A model generated the notes under the pieces. That model did no database searches. It was not told where the DNA came from and saw only the letters and a program-made list of their open reading frames with translations. A stretch of DNA of 4,325 nt from a virus (lineage: Duplodnaviria > Heunggongvirae > Uroviricota > Caudoviricetes): IMG/VR virus record IMGVR_UViG_3300018478_000173, one strand, 5' to 3'. Of the stretch, positions 4,249 to 4,325 are shown one piece after another. The number at the start of each line of letters is the position of its first letter. The stretch's first letter is position 1. Position numbers and translations under genes: made by a program.

Positions 4249-4325
4249 ATGTACCAGATGGAAAAAATCACAACAGGTGTGTCATACACCACGTCAGCGG
4301 TGGGAACGGGCTACTGGTTCCTGCA
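4249..4325 (+). CDS. S: 5' end of a phage holin gene, S21-type (pinholin-like) class II holin with a dual-start motif; continues past the window end
   Basis: GGGAG at 4237-4241, 7 nt before ATG 4249. Translation MYQMEKITTGVSYTTSAVGTGYWFL... has Met1 and Met4 (the antiholin/holin dual start) and resembles, from memory, the N-terminus of phage 21 S ([23 protein letters not shown]...). Confidence 0.8.
   Translation, partial: MYQMEKITTGVSYTTSAVGTGYWFL

Noticed and set aside
3876-4292. Minus-strand ORFs 3876..4091, 3923..4123 and 4110..4292
   Set aside because: Antisense to the acidic-protein gene and to the holin start region; Ser/Arg-rich, low-complexity translations; no start signals.
1-4325. 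Shiga toxin genes (stxA/stxB), or an insertion sequence or transposon accounting for the repeats
   Set aside because: No ORFs of the appropriate size or character between the array and nanS-p, no transposase-like ORF and no terminal inverted repeats flanking the array. The repeats are direct, not inverted.

Overview
This window looks like the late-region accessory (moron) segment of a lambdoid, Stx-phage-like enterobacterial prophage, between the Q antiterminator side (left) and the lysis cassette (right). All identifications are from reading the sequence and from memory of the families involved; no database search was run. Four things stand out. (1) Positions 33-82 are a perfect 25-bp tandem direct repeat. 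(2) Positions ~332-1385 hold four tandem, paralogous ~260-bp modules. Each has a candidate extended -10 promoter (TGtTAAATT in three units, TGtTAAATG in the first), a conserved structured scaffold, a divergent central core and its own intrinsic terminator. A long-range closing helix shows a compensatory base-pair change between units, and spacing between conserved blocks differs by non-multiples of 3, so these are most likely structured non-coding RNAs, not genes for proteins, tRNAs or CRISPR repeats. This is the main candidate for an undescribed system. (3) Positions 1582-3546 encode an intact 654-aa prophage-type sialate O-acetylesterase (NanS-p-like, GQSN catalytic motif); no stx genes or tRNA genes are present. 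(4) Positions 3681-4173 carry two small genes (a 59-aa single-TM peptide missing from the ORF track, and a 90-aa helical/acidic protein), followed by a terminator and the 5' end of an S21-type holin with a dual-start motif (4249 to window end). Most other ORFs in the six-frame track are rejected as frame artefacts.
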